NCBI RefSeq assembly: GCF_001186125.1
Contig: NW_014040427.1
Coordinates: 31,935-67,316 of the forward strand
Length of the DNA stretch: 35,382 nucleotides
Origin: Sphaeroforma arctica JP610
Lineage: Eukaryota
Reading direction: 5' to 3'
The first letter of the stretch is position 1. Each line of letters opens with the position of its first letter. The notes beneath the pieces are model-generated. The model ran no database searches. It had not been told where the DNA came from and saw only the letters and a list, made by a program, of their open reading frames with translations. Shown here piece by piece: positions 24,569-35,382 of this stretch. The position numbers and the translations under genes were made by a program.

Positions 24569-25560
24569 GGACGCCCTGACCCTGACAGCCCACTTATTAG
24601 AATCTTGGCTGAGGCATTATTCGCCCTCTTAATGGCTGTTGCATTTTTTAAAGCTCTCAGCTGTACCCTTTTGACAGACCATCCGAAGAAAGCAGACACG
24701 GATATTGCATCCCCTGCTGATTTCCGACCGATAATCTTAACTCAGATTGTTCGACGCATTTTTGAGATGTGCTTCCTACAGCTAATAGCAAATCACCCCG
24801 GATCAACCACACATGCAACTCAAGCTGGATTCAAAAGAATCTTGGCTGAGGCATTATTCGCCCTCTTAATGGCTGTTTCATTTTTTAAAGCTCTCAGCTG
24901 TACCCTTTTGACAGACCATCCGAAGAAAGCAGACACGGATATTGCATCCCCTGCTGATTTCCGACCGATAATCTTAACTTAGATTGTTCGACGCATTTTT
25001 GAGATGTGCTTCCTACAGTTAATAGCAAATCACCCCGGATCAACCACACATGCAACTCAAGCTGGATTCAAATCTCATACTCGTGCCCTTGTCGCGATGA
25101 AATTTGAGACACAATCTAAGGACGCCTGGAATGATGTGTGTATTGACATCACCAAAGCATGCGATAAAGTGGTCCTTCCGCGCATGTGGATGCTGTTGCG
25201 TCATGGCAGAATGCCAGAGTACTGAATAAGTTATCTTCGTGCATTGTTCGAGAATGTTTCCACACGGGTGACGTATCGTGGGAAGCTTTCACTTATATTC
25301 CATAGAACGAAAGGTTTACTTCAAGGTTCGATTGTCCGCCCACAGCTTTTTATCATCTATATAGACTCTCTGGCTACTACGCTTGCGCAATTTCGGCCGG
25401 AACTCCACCGTTCTGACACACGCATCCAGGCTCCGCAGTTTGTTCGGCAACAACACTTCCTGAACGCGATTGATGATTGGGGTCGCCAATCCTGTCTCAA
25501 ACTGAGTATGCTGCATGCGGTCCCACCTGTCCACATCGAAGGACATCTCATCACGCCAAC
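24569..25560 (+). pseudogene. Non-LTR reverse transcriptase pseudogene
   Basis: Motifs in canonical order: RPDPDS (PGPDG-like), DFRPIILTQIVRRIFE, QAGFK, CIDITKACDKV, GLLQGSIVRPQLFIIYID, QHFLNAIDDWGRQSCLKLS. In-frame stops are present and there is no intact (Y/F)ADD motif. Confidence 0.9.
24599..25072 (+). repeat. In-frame 237-bp tandem duplication inside the RT remnant
   Basis: 24599-24835 versus 24836-25072; three differences seen, one creating TAG in copy 2. Confidence 0.95.
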
Positions 25561-26599
25561 GCTAGTAGGCTACCCAAATGCGAGCACTCTCAAAAGACTC
25601 CTACCTACCTATCCCATGTCCACAGCGGCGGAACTCTCTGATATCTATCCACAGCCTTCCATATATTTGGGTCAATTTGCGGGAGTACCTTGGTGGCTGC
25701 CTGGGACTACAGCTTGACTCAATCAACAGTACAACCTCACTCGCCTCACTTGCGAGACCCGCTTGGACATGTACCAGATCTCCGGACAAATTCCCTTTCA
25801 GTATTTACGCTTATCTAGAATCGAAGGGCGGATGCACACCTCAATACAAAGAGCTCCGTAAGCCCCGCGGGCAGGTCCGATATAATACCACACGATGTCA
25901 CACACCAAAGAATATAGCAGGTAGAGCTCGCCGTCAATATTAATATCGACAAATAAAGTGAGAGCTTCCATTACGGACCGAGACAAGCCCTCTCGTGATA
26001 GCTTTACCCATTGCCGTGAACAAACAGCAATCCTTTTTGTGTCATGATAGCAACCAACATATTCCCGTTGAAATTGTCTTGAATATCGTACTGGTGGATG
26101 CCGCAGTCCACTGTTCCCGGAGTTAAGACTTTCACTTCCAGCCACTTTGCCTGTATCAGTAATTTAATAAGGTGTATTCTGGCGGGCCCTAAGCTACCGC
26201 CAATTGGACCGGACTTACTACAACAGCTACAAAATCGGCATAACTACCACAGCATATAGACTATTCATGAACATCTCGGGAGCTTTATTTTCCATGAACA
26301 GCGGGCACCAATTTATCCACATTCAGTACTTGTCTATAGATTGATATTCCCCATACCCGGTGTCATCACTCTGCTAAGGTACTATTTCAGATTTCGGTAC
26401 AGACCAAACCTTTGAGACTTCTGGCACCGCCTATGATACTTCCCGCTATGGCTACCCAGGATATTTCAAATACATCTGCCGTATGGTGTGGTATCTGGCA
26501 GCATATAACTTTGTCCCGAAACAGAATTCCGGATGACAACCTCATCCTTCTTGGTATCACGTTCGAAAGTACTCAGACTGACTCAACCCATATTATCAC

Positions 26600-26806
26600 T
26601 ACGAGTGTGGACAAGCTTTATTGCAGACAATGGCACACAAGTTTTAGCTTCCACACAATGGTAGAGGTGTCCTGCATCCATCGTTGTCAATTAACGCACC
26701 GTATGTATCTACGAGTGTGGGCAAGCTTTATTGCAGGAAATGGCACACAAGTTTTAGCTTCCACAAAATGGTAGAGGTGTCCTGCATCCATCGTCGTCAA
26801 TTAACC
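26600..26806 (+). repeat. 110-bp-period tandem duplication in the retroelement ORF end
   Basis: ACGAGTGTGG.CAAGCTTTATTGCAG...GTCAATTAAC at 26601 and 26711. Confidence 0.9.
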
Positions 26807-28327
26807 TAAAACCTCACTCGCCCCGAGTTTCTCGCGGTAGTTCGATAGTCTTAACTTCCCTTTAATCTTCCCAGAACCTCTCCAACAAAAATGAAGCCTG
26901 ATGTGCATGTAGACATACAATAGTTTACACCCAAATCGAAATAAATAATATCATCCCTGTACAACGTGCCAATTGAGCCTACGTACACCTTACTTTTTTT
27001 TTGTTGTGTTTTTTCAAGCTCACTACTGTTCCCTACTAAACAGATTTCAAGGGTGCATGCTTGTGCTTGTTTGACGTCTTCTATTACTTATATATAAATA
27101 ATTAGCTGAGTATATTTAACATATATATCATGTGGTACAAGTTTTTAGGTCCAGCAATTGAAAAACTACAGATCTTATACCAGATTTTACAGCAAGAAAA
27201 CTCGTTGATTTATAGAATTCATTAGAGTTTAAATTGTTCTGCAGTACATTTCTCATACTGTTCATATGAGTTTTTACCTTGGCCAGTCTAATCGGTTGAA
27301 CACTAGCACAAACACCTCTTGTATAAAACCAGAATTGAGGTCAGAAGTAGAGACATATTTTCTACCACCATACACTCTAATAGCAATTTGCACATAGTGC
27401 AGTATGATATACGATTCCTGATTCCTACAGTATTCACTTCAGAACAAATTCATTTCACATGCTGGATGTTCCGTAAGCTGCAAAGTGTTTCAGAATTGGC
27501 AGCGTTGGTAAGCGATGCAATTATCATCTTCCACTGAATTCTTCTCGAATTCTAGTATGTCCACAAGCTCAAGCTGTGGGCTATGCATTTGTTGCATTTG
27601 TTGCAATGTTTGACTTAAGTGTTGCGATTCTTTCTTCTGGATTGGGTTGATATTGTACCGGAACGAGAAAAAAACCCTGAAGAATGTCGACTTCAAGGAA
27701 TTAGAGTACATTATCACCTAGGAGATGGTAGGTCGTATCTGACATTGCAAAGTTTGTGGAAGATGACGACCACTAGGTTCGAAGGCTATATGAAAGAAAT
27801 CTACTCGGTATTTTACATATATATCACCGGGTGAAATACTAATTGAAATTTCATACCGAATTATACCAGTGGGAACTTTGCTGCACATGTTGTCTCCGAT
27901 CTGTTCTCATTGGCTATTTCAGTTGTAAATACTGTCGGGAGGCAAGCATCACAGATTTTGAATGGGTGTGGTTCAATCGTAGCTGTGAAAGCAATCACCT
28001 GAAATGTAACACTGATTTCTGATAGCGATGCCGCACAATATCATTTCTTAAAGTCGTTCGATAAATTTTCTTACCCAGAAATTCGATACGATAAACGTCC
28101 GCGCAAAGAGTGTTTAAGCATGCTTTTCGTCACTACATTTATATCGATAGAAGAACTGTTGTGTGTGTCTGTAGTTCTCAACTTATGTGGCCAGAATAAG
28201 TTAGATAGCAGATGCAGTTACTTGAATGAAAGGCATGTAATTCATCGATGATCTCCCGTTGTTAATGAAGATAATCAGCTGCACTTTTTCTTCATATTGT
28301 CATTGATATCAAATACTCGCATACGAA

Positions 28328-28650
28328 ATATGTTTATGTTGTTGCTATGATACTAAAGTTCAGTATGTTTCTATTGTTACTATGATACTGAAGTTCAGTA
28401 TGTTTATGTTATTCATATGATACTAAAGTTCAGTATGTTATGTTATTACTATGATACTAAAGTTCAGTATGTTTATGTTGTCGATATGACACTAACATTC
28501 AGTATTGCCCTGATACTAAGTTCAATGTGTTTATGTTGTTGCTATAGTACTAACGTTCTTTGTTGCTTTAATTTAAGTTCAGTGTTGCTATGATACTATA
28601 TTTCAGTATGTTTTTGCTGTTGTTATGATACCAGATCTCAGTATATTCAT
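28328..28650. repeat. Minisatellite, about 35-bp unit, about 8-9 decaying copies
   Basis: TATGATACTAAAGTTCAGTATGTTTATGTTGTTGC-like units at 28346, 28381, 28416, 28450, 28485 and beyond. Confidence 0.9.
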
Positions 28651-29910
28651 AGGGGTCAGGGTAAAGGATGTGGTAGCCCACTATTACAATAGCGATAGTC
28701 CACTATTACAATGAGGATATTATGATATATCAGCATGTATTCATCATAGGCAAATCTTTGCCAATCTAAAGATTTTTTTCAAACAAGTGTATACTCACAA
28801 GGCAGAAGCCAAGCCCAAACAGAGTTATAAAGCATAAGGAATATTCATAGAACGACGCACAGAGGTGAGCGTGCGTGCGTGCGTGCGCTGCAAGTGTTGT
28901 ATGTCATACGTTGAAGTCCCGATATATACATTTATGTACGGAAATTACGATATCTGTGTACAGCAGTATACGTGGCTATAGTTCAAAGACATGGTATTGC
29001 GTAAGGCTCAGGGTAATGGCCACAAAACACCGCGTCCATACACATGGAAGAATTAGTTTACACGATATACAATTCCCATAATACATACGGCCTGATGTCT
29101 ACCTACAGGTATAACAGCAACCCTTCAGAAATGCCGCAACTAATGTACCACAGATGTATGCGTATCCAATTGTAGCCAGTGACGGTCGCTAATGTGAAAT
29201 ATGACACTCAAACTTACTTATGCCGATTGAAATTTAAATACTTGCAAGTAATGTAGATGACCAAGAAAGTTTTGTGTGCATCAAGTACAAAGTAAGAGTA
29301 CACTTTAGTTGTATTTTGATGACTTGCTATTCCATTGAACGATTAAATTAAAAAATTACGAGATATTATGTTGTGGCAATAACAACCAATTGGCTTCTGT
29401 TGAGAATTAGAATACGCCGATAATGGTAAGACTATGATATCGCCTCCAAAATACGAAAGAGGATTATACTTAGTTGCGTAGGAGGATTCGTCCAATTCAT
29501 ACAGCGTGGGACGAGTCATTACGTGTATCTTAACTCAAATTGATACTTTCTGTTTTTTTTGTAACTAAATGCGAGTACTTTGTTGATTGATTGGCATATC
29601 GCTTGAAACAAAATTCTTATATGAAACATGACACCTTCAAACATATCAATTTGTAATAGTCTCTTTATAGAGATGCTGCCAGAGCATAGACCAGTGATCA
29701 AGGCGTCATTCTCGTATGGCCGAATAAGATTGTTCATTTATACAAATACATCTAAATTAAATTGAAGCAATTAATGTGGTAGTGTAGTAATAGAGTATAT
29801 GCCACTGTCTTTCGCATACCAATGTACCTTATTGGTTCTGAGATATTATCGTGCGGTTAGTGTACAATAGCTTCTACGATCACATCGGCCGGTTACAACA
29901 GTGGTGGTCT

Positions 29911-30596
29911 AATATTAAGACTAGCACTTAGCGGACTCTATATTAGTTTGTATACTGCCGACTTATGAACGCATTTTCATAAATTACATGTGCGGCTGTA
30001 CGCTTACTCGTGCACTGTACGAGTGGTGGAAGAGCAGTATTTGAAACACTCCATGGCGGTAATATGAGTTGCATGTATTCCTTAGACCAAACGCGCTACA
30101 TATGACTGCTGTTTATACAGATAATAATATGGTAAGAGGAGACGAACATTTGTTTTCCTCCGAGGTGTTGTGTATTCACAGGTTTGTAAAATTCACAGGA
30201 AACACGTTCAACAAAATTATACCACAGTCACGTCGTTTGTATTGTGAACGTTGGCAGATACGAGAAAATGCGTACATGGCGCTACACATCCGAAGCAACG
30301 CGGAAGAGCAGGGTTGTGAGTGACGACACAACACGAGTTTAGACTAGCTATCGTTGGGTATAGAACCCTTTTATTCAGTATCATGTCAAACGTTCCAGGG
30401 GTATGTTTTTGGCTACCGATCAAGCGAATGTGACAAGCAAAACATAGTCATGGCAATCTTTCTTATTTGGAAGCACGCTTATCAGTCGATGCAACGATAT
30501 CAACGACTCATTTATCAATTTCTTTAATTGGGATAAAGTTATTTATTTCAATGTGGGATAAAATATTTTCTACATGCATATCAGGCTTCATATTTG
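29911..30596 (-). mobile_element. 3' UTR/3' region fragment of the same retroelement family
   Basis: The - strand begins ACAAATATGAAGCCTGATATGCATGTAGA (compare + strand 26885-26913) and is colinear with 32966-34067 (e.g. TGTATACTGCCGACTTATGAA, TTGTGAGTGACGA.ACAACACGAG). Confidence 0.7.
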
Positions 30597-30627
30597 TATC
30601 AGTTTACCAGCTTATTTCATAGACATA

Positions 30628-31392
30628 GTTATTTTCTAGTAATCATTATTTTCTAGTATACCTACTTTTCAGTAATCGTTTATGAACTCCTTTTCTAGTA
30701 ATCGAAAACTTATTTTCTAGTAATTGTTTGCTAACTTGTCTTCTCGTAATCACTTATTACCTTGATGATTTACTGTTCTATTTTCTTGCAATCGTTTATT
30801 GATTTATTTTCTAGTAATTGTTCACTGACTTGTTTTGTAGTAATAGCTTATTATCCTATTTTCTAGTAATCGGTTCTTAATCGGTCGAAGATAGGTTGTT
30901 AACATGTTTCGTTGACAAAATTTTGTTAGTACTCGTTTGTTATCTTATTTTATTGTAATCGTTTGTAATGAATTACTTCAATCGGTTTAAAATAACCTAT
31001 TTCCTCGTAATTGATAACTTATTCTCTAGTAATTGTTTGTTAACATATTTTCTAGTAATATCTTATTGCCTTACTTTATGATAGTTTATAATGACTTATT
31101 TTCTAGTAATCGTGTTATAATAATCAATTTTCTTGTGATCGATAACATTCTCTAGTAATTGTTAGCTTTTTGATAGTAATCGCTTATTACCTTATTTTCC
31201 AGTAATCTTTCATTGCCTTACTTTCTAGTATTTTTTTACTGACTTTTTTTTCGTAATTGTTTACTAACCATTCTATTAATCGTTGAAATTAGCACATTTT
31301 CTAGTATTCGTTTTTATTCAGTGATTTTCTAGTAGTCGTTTGGTATCTTATTAGTAATCGTTTGTCAACTTGTTTTCTAGTAATTGTTTGTA
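30628..31392. repeat. AT-rich degenerate satellite, about 30-bp unit with core TTATTTTCTAGTAAT
   Basis: Roughly 25 copies of TTTTCTAGTAAT(C/T)G variants; related sequence recurs at about 35225-35372. Confidence 0.85.
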
Positions 31393-31940
31393 CTTACTGA
31401 TGACTCTGGGAATATTCAGATATGGTTGTTATCGTACCCAGATCAAGTACTCCCCGGGTGTGACATTTTTTTTTTGAATATTTTCTTTCAATAGTTGGAA
31501 TCAAAATTGAAAACCAATCAGACTTATGTAGTAGCTTAGATTTTAATGAACTGAACATTCGACCTCTGTCAGACAATTTTAAATGAACAAAATCAAATCT
31601 AACAATGTTTTTAAAACTGATTTCGATAAGCTATTTTGTATAAAAAAAATTACGATCGCAGAAAAACTCTTAGTGGAAAATGATATAAAACGGGGCCAAC
31701 GGCTGTATTGTATTTAGCATGTTGTTGTCTTTGACCAAATCAGAAGGTGTATTTAGCTTCTGGAATCGACTTTGACGACATAAAATTTCATCCCCGAATA
31801 GTGCATAGCTTATTACCTTTTCCAAGGTTGTAGAAGCTTCTCCCTTAACGACATTTAGTTTGCTATCATTGTCATGAGCTTTTCTCTTCCTCACCGTCTG
31901 ACTAGCACTTCTTACAGTATCCTCTTGTGCCTGTTTGCTC

Positions 31941-31975
<35 letters not shown>

Positions 31976-32419
31976 CGATGGATGTCATTTTATCTTCTTT
32001 CCTGTTGCAGGAATTTGGCCGCGTGCTTTGCTCAGAATTTGGTGGCGAAAGCGGATGGTGACCGCAGACGGCCACGAACCAATCTATGCAAAAAAGGGTA
32101 TATCGGCCAAGGCTGGGGCCGCTCATTTGAAGCGTATATCCATTATAAATAAGGTGTGTGGTTTATAAAGTGTTCGAGATAAAACACACTCAAATAGACT
32201 TGATTGCAACTATAAAATATTTGAATACATTGTACAAATTGAAAACCGTGGACACCTACTACAGTACAGCGTAAGAGTATTTAAGTGATGTACGTCCCAT
32301 ACATCAATGTGTAGTTAAATTTATTGCTTTTCGAGTGGTGCATTTCCTATATATGCTAAGGATCCATTTGCAATTCGTACGCCCAATTTCGGCGAAGTGG
32401 ACGCCAATACAATAACGTA

Positions 32420-32626
32420 NNNNNNNNNNNNNNNNNNNNNNNNNNNNNNNNNNNNNNNNNNNNNNNNNNNNNNNNNNNNNNNNNNNNNNNNNNNNNNNNN
32501 NNNNNNNNNNNNNNNNNNNNNNNNNNNNNNNNNNNNNNNNNNNNNNNNNNNNNNNNNNNNNNNNNNNNNNNNNNNNNNNNNNNNNNNNNNNNNNNNNNNN
32601 NNNNNNNNNNNNNNNNNNNNNNNNNN
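32420..32626. other. Assembly gap (N run); 20-N gaps also at 2590-2609 and 8892-8911
   Basis: Runs of n in the sequence. Confidence 0.99.
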
Positions 32627-32965
32627 ATCAAATATTGCAGCTGTCCGAATTTAAATATAATTTTAAAGATCATTGGTGAAGTAGCCGGGGTCTTTTATGT
32701 TTGGATCAGGTCACACATTAGCTGCGCTTTCTGAGATAGCTACAATAGGTTTCTGACTCAATTGGTAGTAGTGATAGCAACTGGTAGGAAGTATAGACAG
32801 GATCATCAGTGGGCCCAACACCCAAACCTACTCTCATCGATTGAGATTGACACACCTGCAAGTAAAGTAGGTGACCAGGGAGATTTTATGTGCATCAAGC
32901 AAACAGGGAAGGCAGACTCCAGTTGTATTTTTGATGAGTTACTACTCCATTAATAGTTGTGAGTT

Positions 32966-34067
32966 GATATTAAGTATGACACTTAGCAACTACATACCAA
33001 TGATGTATACTGCCGACTTATGAATGCAGTTCTATATATTATATGGGCGGCTGTACGCTTATTTAATGGTGGAAAAGTTGCACTTTGAATTGCATGAATT
33101 TTTTAAACTGAATGCGCTACAAGTGAGTGCTGTTCGTACAAAGAATATGAAGGTAAGTGAGGAATATTTGTTTTCCACAGAGATAATTTGTATATTCACA
33201 GTCTTATACAAATACAGGGAATCCGCCCAATTATACCACAGTCACGACTGTACCAAGTTTAATGCGTCTATTGGTAAGTGAACGTTCTCCGAGATGTCAT
33301 GTATATTCACAGCTTTGTACATTCACAGGAAGCCCGCCCAATAAAAGTATATCACAGTCACGTATCTATCGCATTGTGGACGTTGGCAGTTACGAGGAAA
33401 TGTGTGCGTATGTAGCGCTACACATCCAGAATGGTGGAAAAGTTGCACTTTGAATTGCATGAATTTTTTAAACTGAATGCGCTACAAGTGAGTGCTGTTT
33501 GTACAAAGAATATGAAGGTAAGTGAGGAATATTTGTTTTCCACAGAGATAATTTGTATATTCACAGTCTTATACAAACACAGGGAATCCGCCCAATTATA
33601 CCACAGTCACGACTGTACCAAGTTTAGTGCGTCTATCGTTAAGTGAACGTTCTCCGAGATGTCATATATATTCACAGCTTTGTACATTCACAGGAAGCCC
33701 GCCCAATAAAAGTATATCACAGTCACGTATCTATCGCATTGTGGACGTTGGCAGTTACGAGGAAATGTGTGCGTATGTAGCGCTACACATCCAGAGGACC
33801 ACATAAAAGTATCATTGTGAGTGACGATACAACACGAGCTCGTACTGCCTAAAGTCGAGTATAGAGCACCTTTGTTGTGTATTATCAAAAGTTATCAGGC
33901 ATATGTCCGTACGTCATGCATTGTGACTGCCAATCAGACCATAAGAAAGCACAATGCTATCTCTTTGAACATTGATTTGAATAGGGATAATATTAAATAT
34001 TTTAATTGAGGCAGATAACTAAATATCTACATGCACATTAGGCTTAATATTCGTTGGAGAGGCTCTG
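32966..34067 (-). mobile_element. 3' end fragment of the same retroelement family with an internal 365-bp tandem duplication
   Basis: The - strand reads ...EPLQRI followed by AAGCCTAATGTGCATGTAGA. Duplication 33065-33429 versus 33430-33794 shows about 6 differences. Confidence 0.75.
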
Positions 34068-34589
34068 ACCCCAGAATCTTGCGCGGATCGCTGGTTTCAC
34101 CGAACACGAGCTGTTCTGTTGTGACAGAGGGTCCCCTTCGTACGCGCAGGATCTTACACGGCGCTGTGTTGTATACTGCTTCATACCACTCACACGGCGT
34201 CTTACCCATGGCTGTTTCAAATTCAGATTCCACGGGAAAGTCGGGTTACGTATTTTTTTCCGAGAAAACCTTATGGTGCCGGCTTGGCTCTCTCCACGGC
34301 ATTCAGCATAATGCGTGCGGTTGTCATGTACTCAGCCTTGTAACTGCACCAGGGTTGCCGATGATCGTCGGACTCGTAGTTAAAGTAGCAAACCCAATCC
34401 GCGATTATATCCAATAACCACATAGGACCCGACAGCGACTTCTGCATGATATGGGTGGTTTTGTGAATCACCACACCAAACTCGTTTGCGTACTTGGCAA
34501 TAAAGTATTCATCGTATATAGTGGTATCACCTAATGTCTCAGCGGGGTGACCGAGGTTCTTTTAAATCTTCGATGTGACAACACTCGGT

Positions 34590-35160
34590 TATGCACCACC
34601 TTTGTGGCTACCGATCAAACCATAAGAAGGCACAATGCTATCTTTTTAAACCGTTTAATTGAATAGGGATAATACTATCCATTTCAATTTGGGGTAGATA
34701 ATTAGATGTCTACATGCACATTAGGGATAATATTATTCATTTCAAAAATGGCAAGTATGTATGATACAATGTATGAAGATATGGTATGGCTCTCATAGTC
34801 GTTGTAGTGGTTCAGGAAAGATTGATGGGAAGAAGTGGTCAGTATATTCCCGTTTGAAGCTTGGGCCAAGTGAGTAGATAATGGAAGATATGTGCTGAGT
34901 CAATTCGGGCCGGTGTTGACAAAACACTGTTACTATCGTATGTTCCATATATTCGCTTGTTGACCTACTATGTAGAGTACCCACCTCTGTGTTACGGATC
35001 GGGTCTGCACCGTGTAGTGCCGCGGAATGGGTTAGTGCAGAGCACATTAGGCTTCATATTTGTTGGGGAGGCGCTGGGAAGAATGAAGGGAAGATAATAT
35101 TGTCGAACTGCCGCGAGAAGCCCGGGGCGAGTGACGTAACCAATTGGATAGCAACGGCAT
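34590..35160 (-). mobile_element. Two stacked ORF-end/3' UTR fragments of the same retroelement family
   Basis: 35134-35054 encodes SLAPGFSRQFDNIIFPSFFPAPPQQI*; about 34990-34793 encodes TEVGTLHSR...VFCQHRPELT...SLGPSFKREYTDHFFPSIFPEPLQRL*; 34725-34590 matches the shared 3' UTR. Confidence 0.75.
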
Positions 35161-35382
35161 CCACAGCACACCTTACAGGCAATACAATGGTTTCAACAAA
35201 ACAATTACTAATTTATTTAATAGTGTTAGTTTATTAACACACTTCCCAGTACTCGCTCATTAGCAATCGTTTATATATATTGGCTAATTTTCAAGAAATC
35301 GATAACATATTTTGTCGTAATCTTTTGGTTTTTTCTCTTCTAGTTATCACGTATTACATCAATTTCTAATAATGAGGGGGGG

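Larger units (their letters stand above)
23902..26962 (+). mobile_element. Decayed non-LTR (LINE-type) retrotransposon
   Basis: RT remnant at 24569-25560; Cys/His-containing ORF end with stop at 26892-26894; 3' UTR shared with - strand copies. The 5' boundary is inferred from the ribozyme-like fold and is uncertain. Confidence 0.7.

Noticed and set aside
27580..27615. KHCNKCNKCI on the - strand, resembling the DHHC palmitoyltransferase zinc motif
   Set aside because: Produced by a TGCAACAAA 9-bp repeat, flanked by stops, and no DHHC follows
30628..31392. CRISPR-like look of a recurring TTTTCTAGTAAT core with variable intervening sequence
   Set aside because: The cores are themselves degenerate, the intervening pieces are only about 15 nt and related to each other, the context is eukaryotic and there are no cas genes; it is a decayed satellite
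31817..31939. Possible 123-nt - strand exon (SKQAQEDTVRSASQTVRKRKAH...TLEK) with AG/GT ends
   Set aside because: Could not be joined to neighbouring exons and has no recognisable homology; left uncalled
32820..32856. GVSISIDESRFG on the - strand, resembling a Merlin/IS630 DDE motif
   Set aside because: Two stops follow within a few codons, no further transposase motifs, no TIRs

Overview
Eukaryotic genomic DNA, intron-rich, with (TG)n/(TA)n-filled introns and three N gaps. Gene content and animal-like intron positions suggest a unicellular holozoan such as an ichthyosporean (inference only). The left 14 kb holds two intact spliced + strand genes assembled by hand from GT-AG sites with consistent phases: a 7-exon RBMS/MSSP/Shep-family two-RRM protein (about 624 aa, 3077-7232) and an 8-exon ANP32-family LRR plus acidic-tail protein (about 330 aa, 9921-13802). 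The right 21 kb is gene-poor and repeat-rich. It has a tRNA-Leu(CAA) gene (- strand, 23728-23810), a decayed non-LTR retrotransposon on +, several diverged 3' fragments of the same family on -, nested tandem duplications and minisatellites. The most notable signal is an HDV-like self-cleaving ribozyme fold (23902-24054) upstream of the retrotransposon RT. It lies head-to-head about 90 bp from the tRNA 5' end, and its P1 strands match the tRNA acceptor-stem sequences. All calls were made by eye, without alignment or folding tools.
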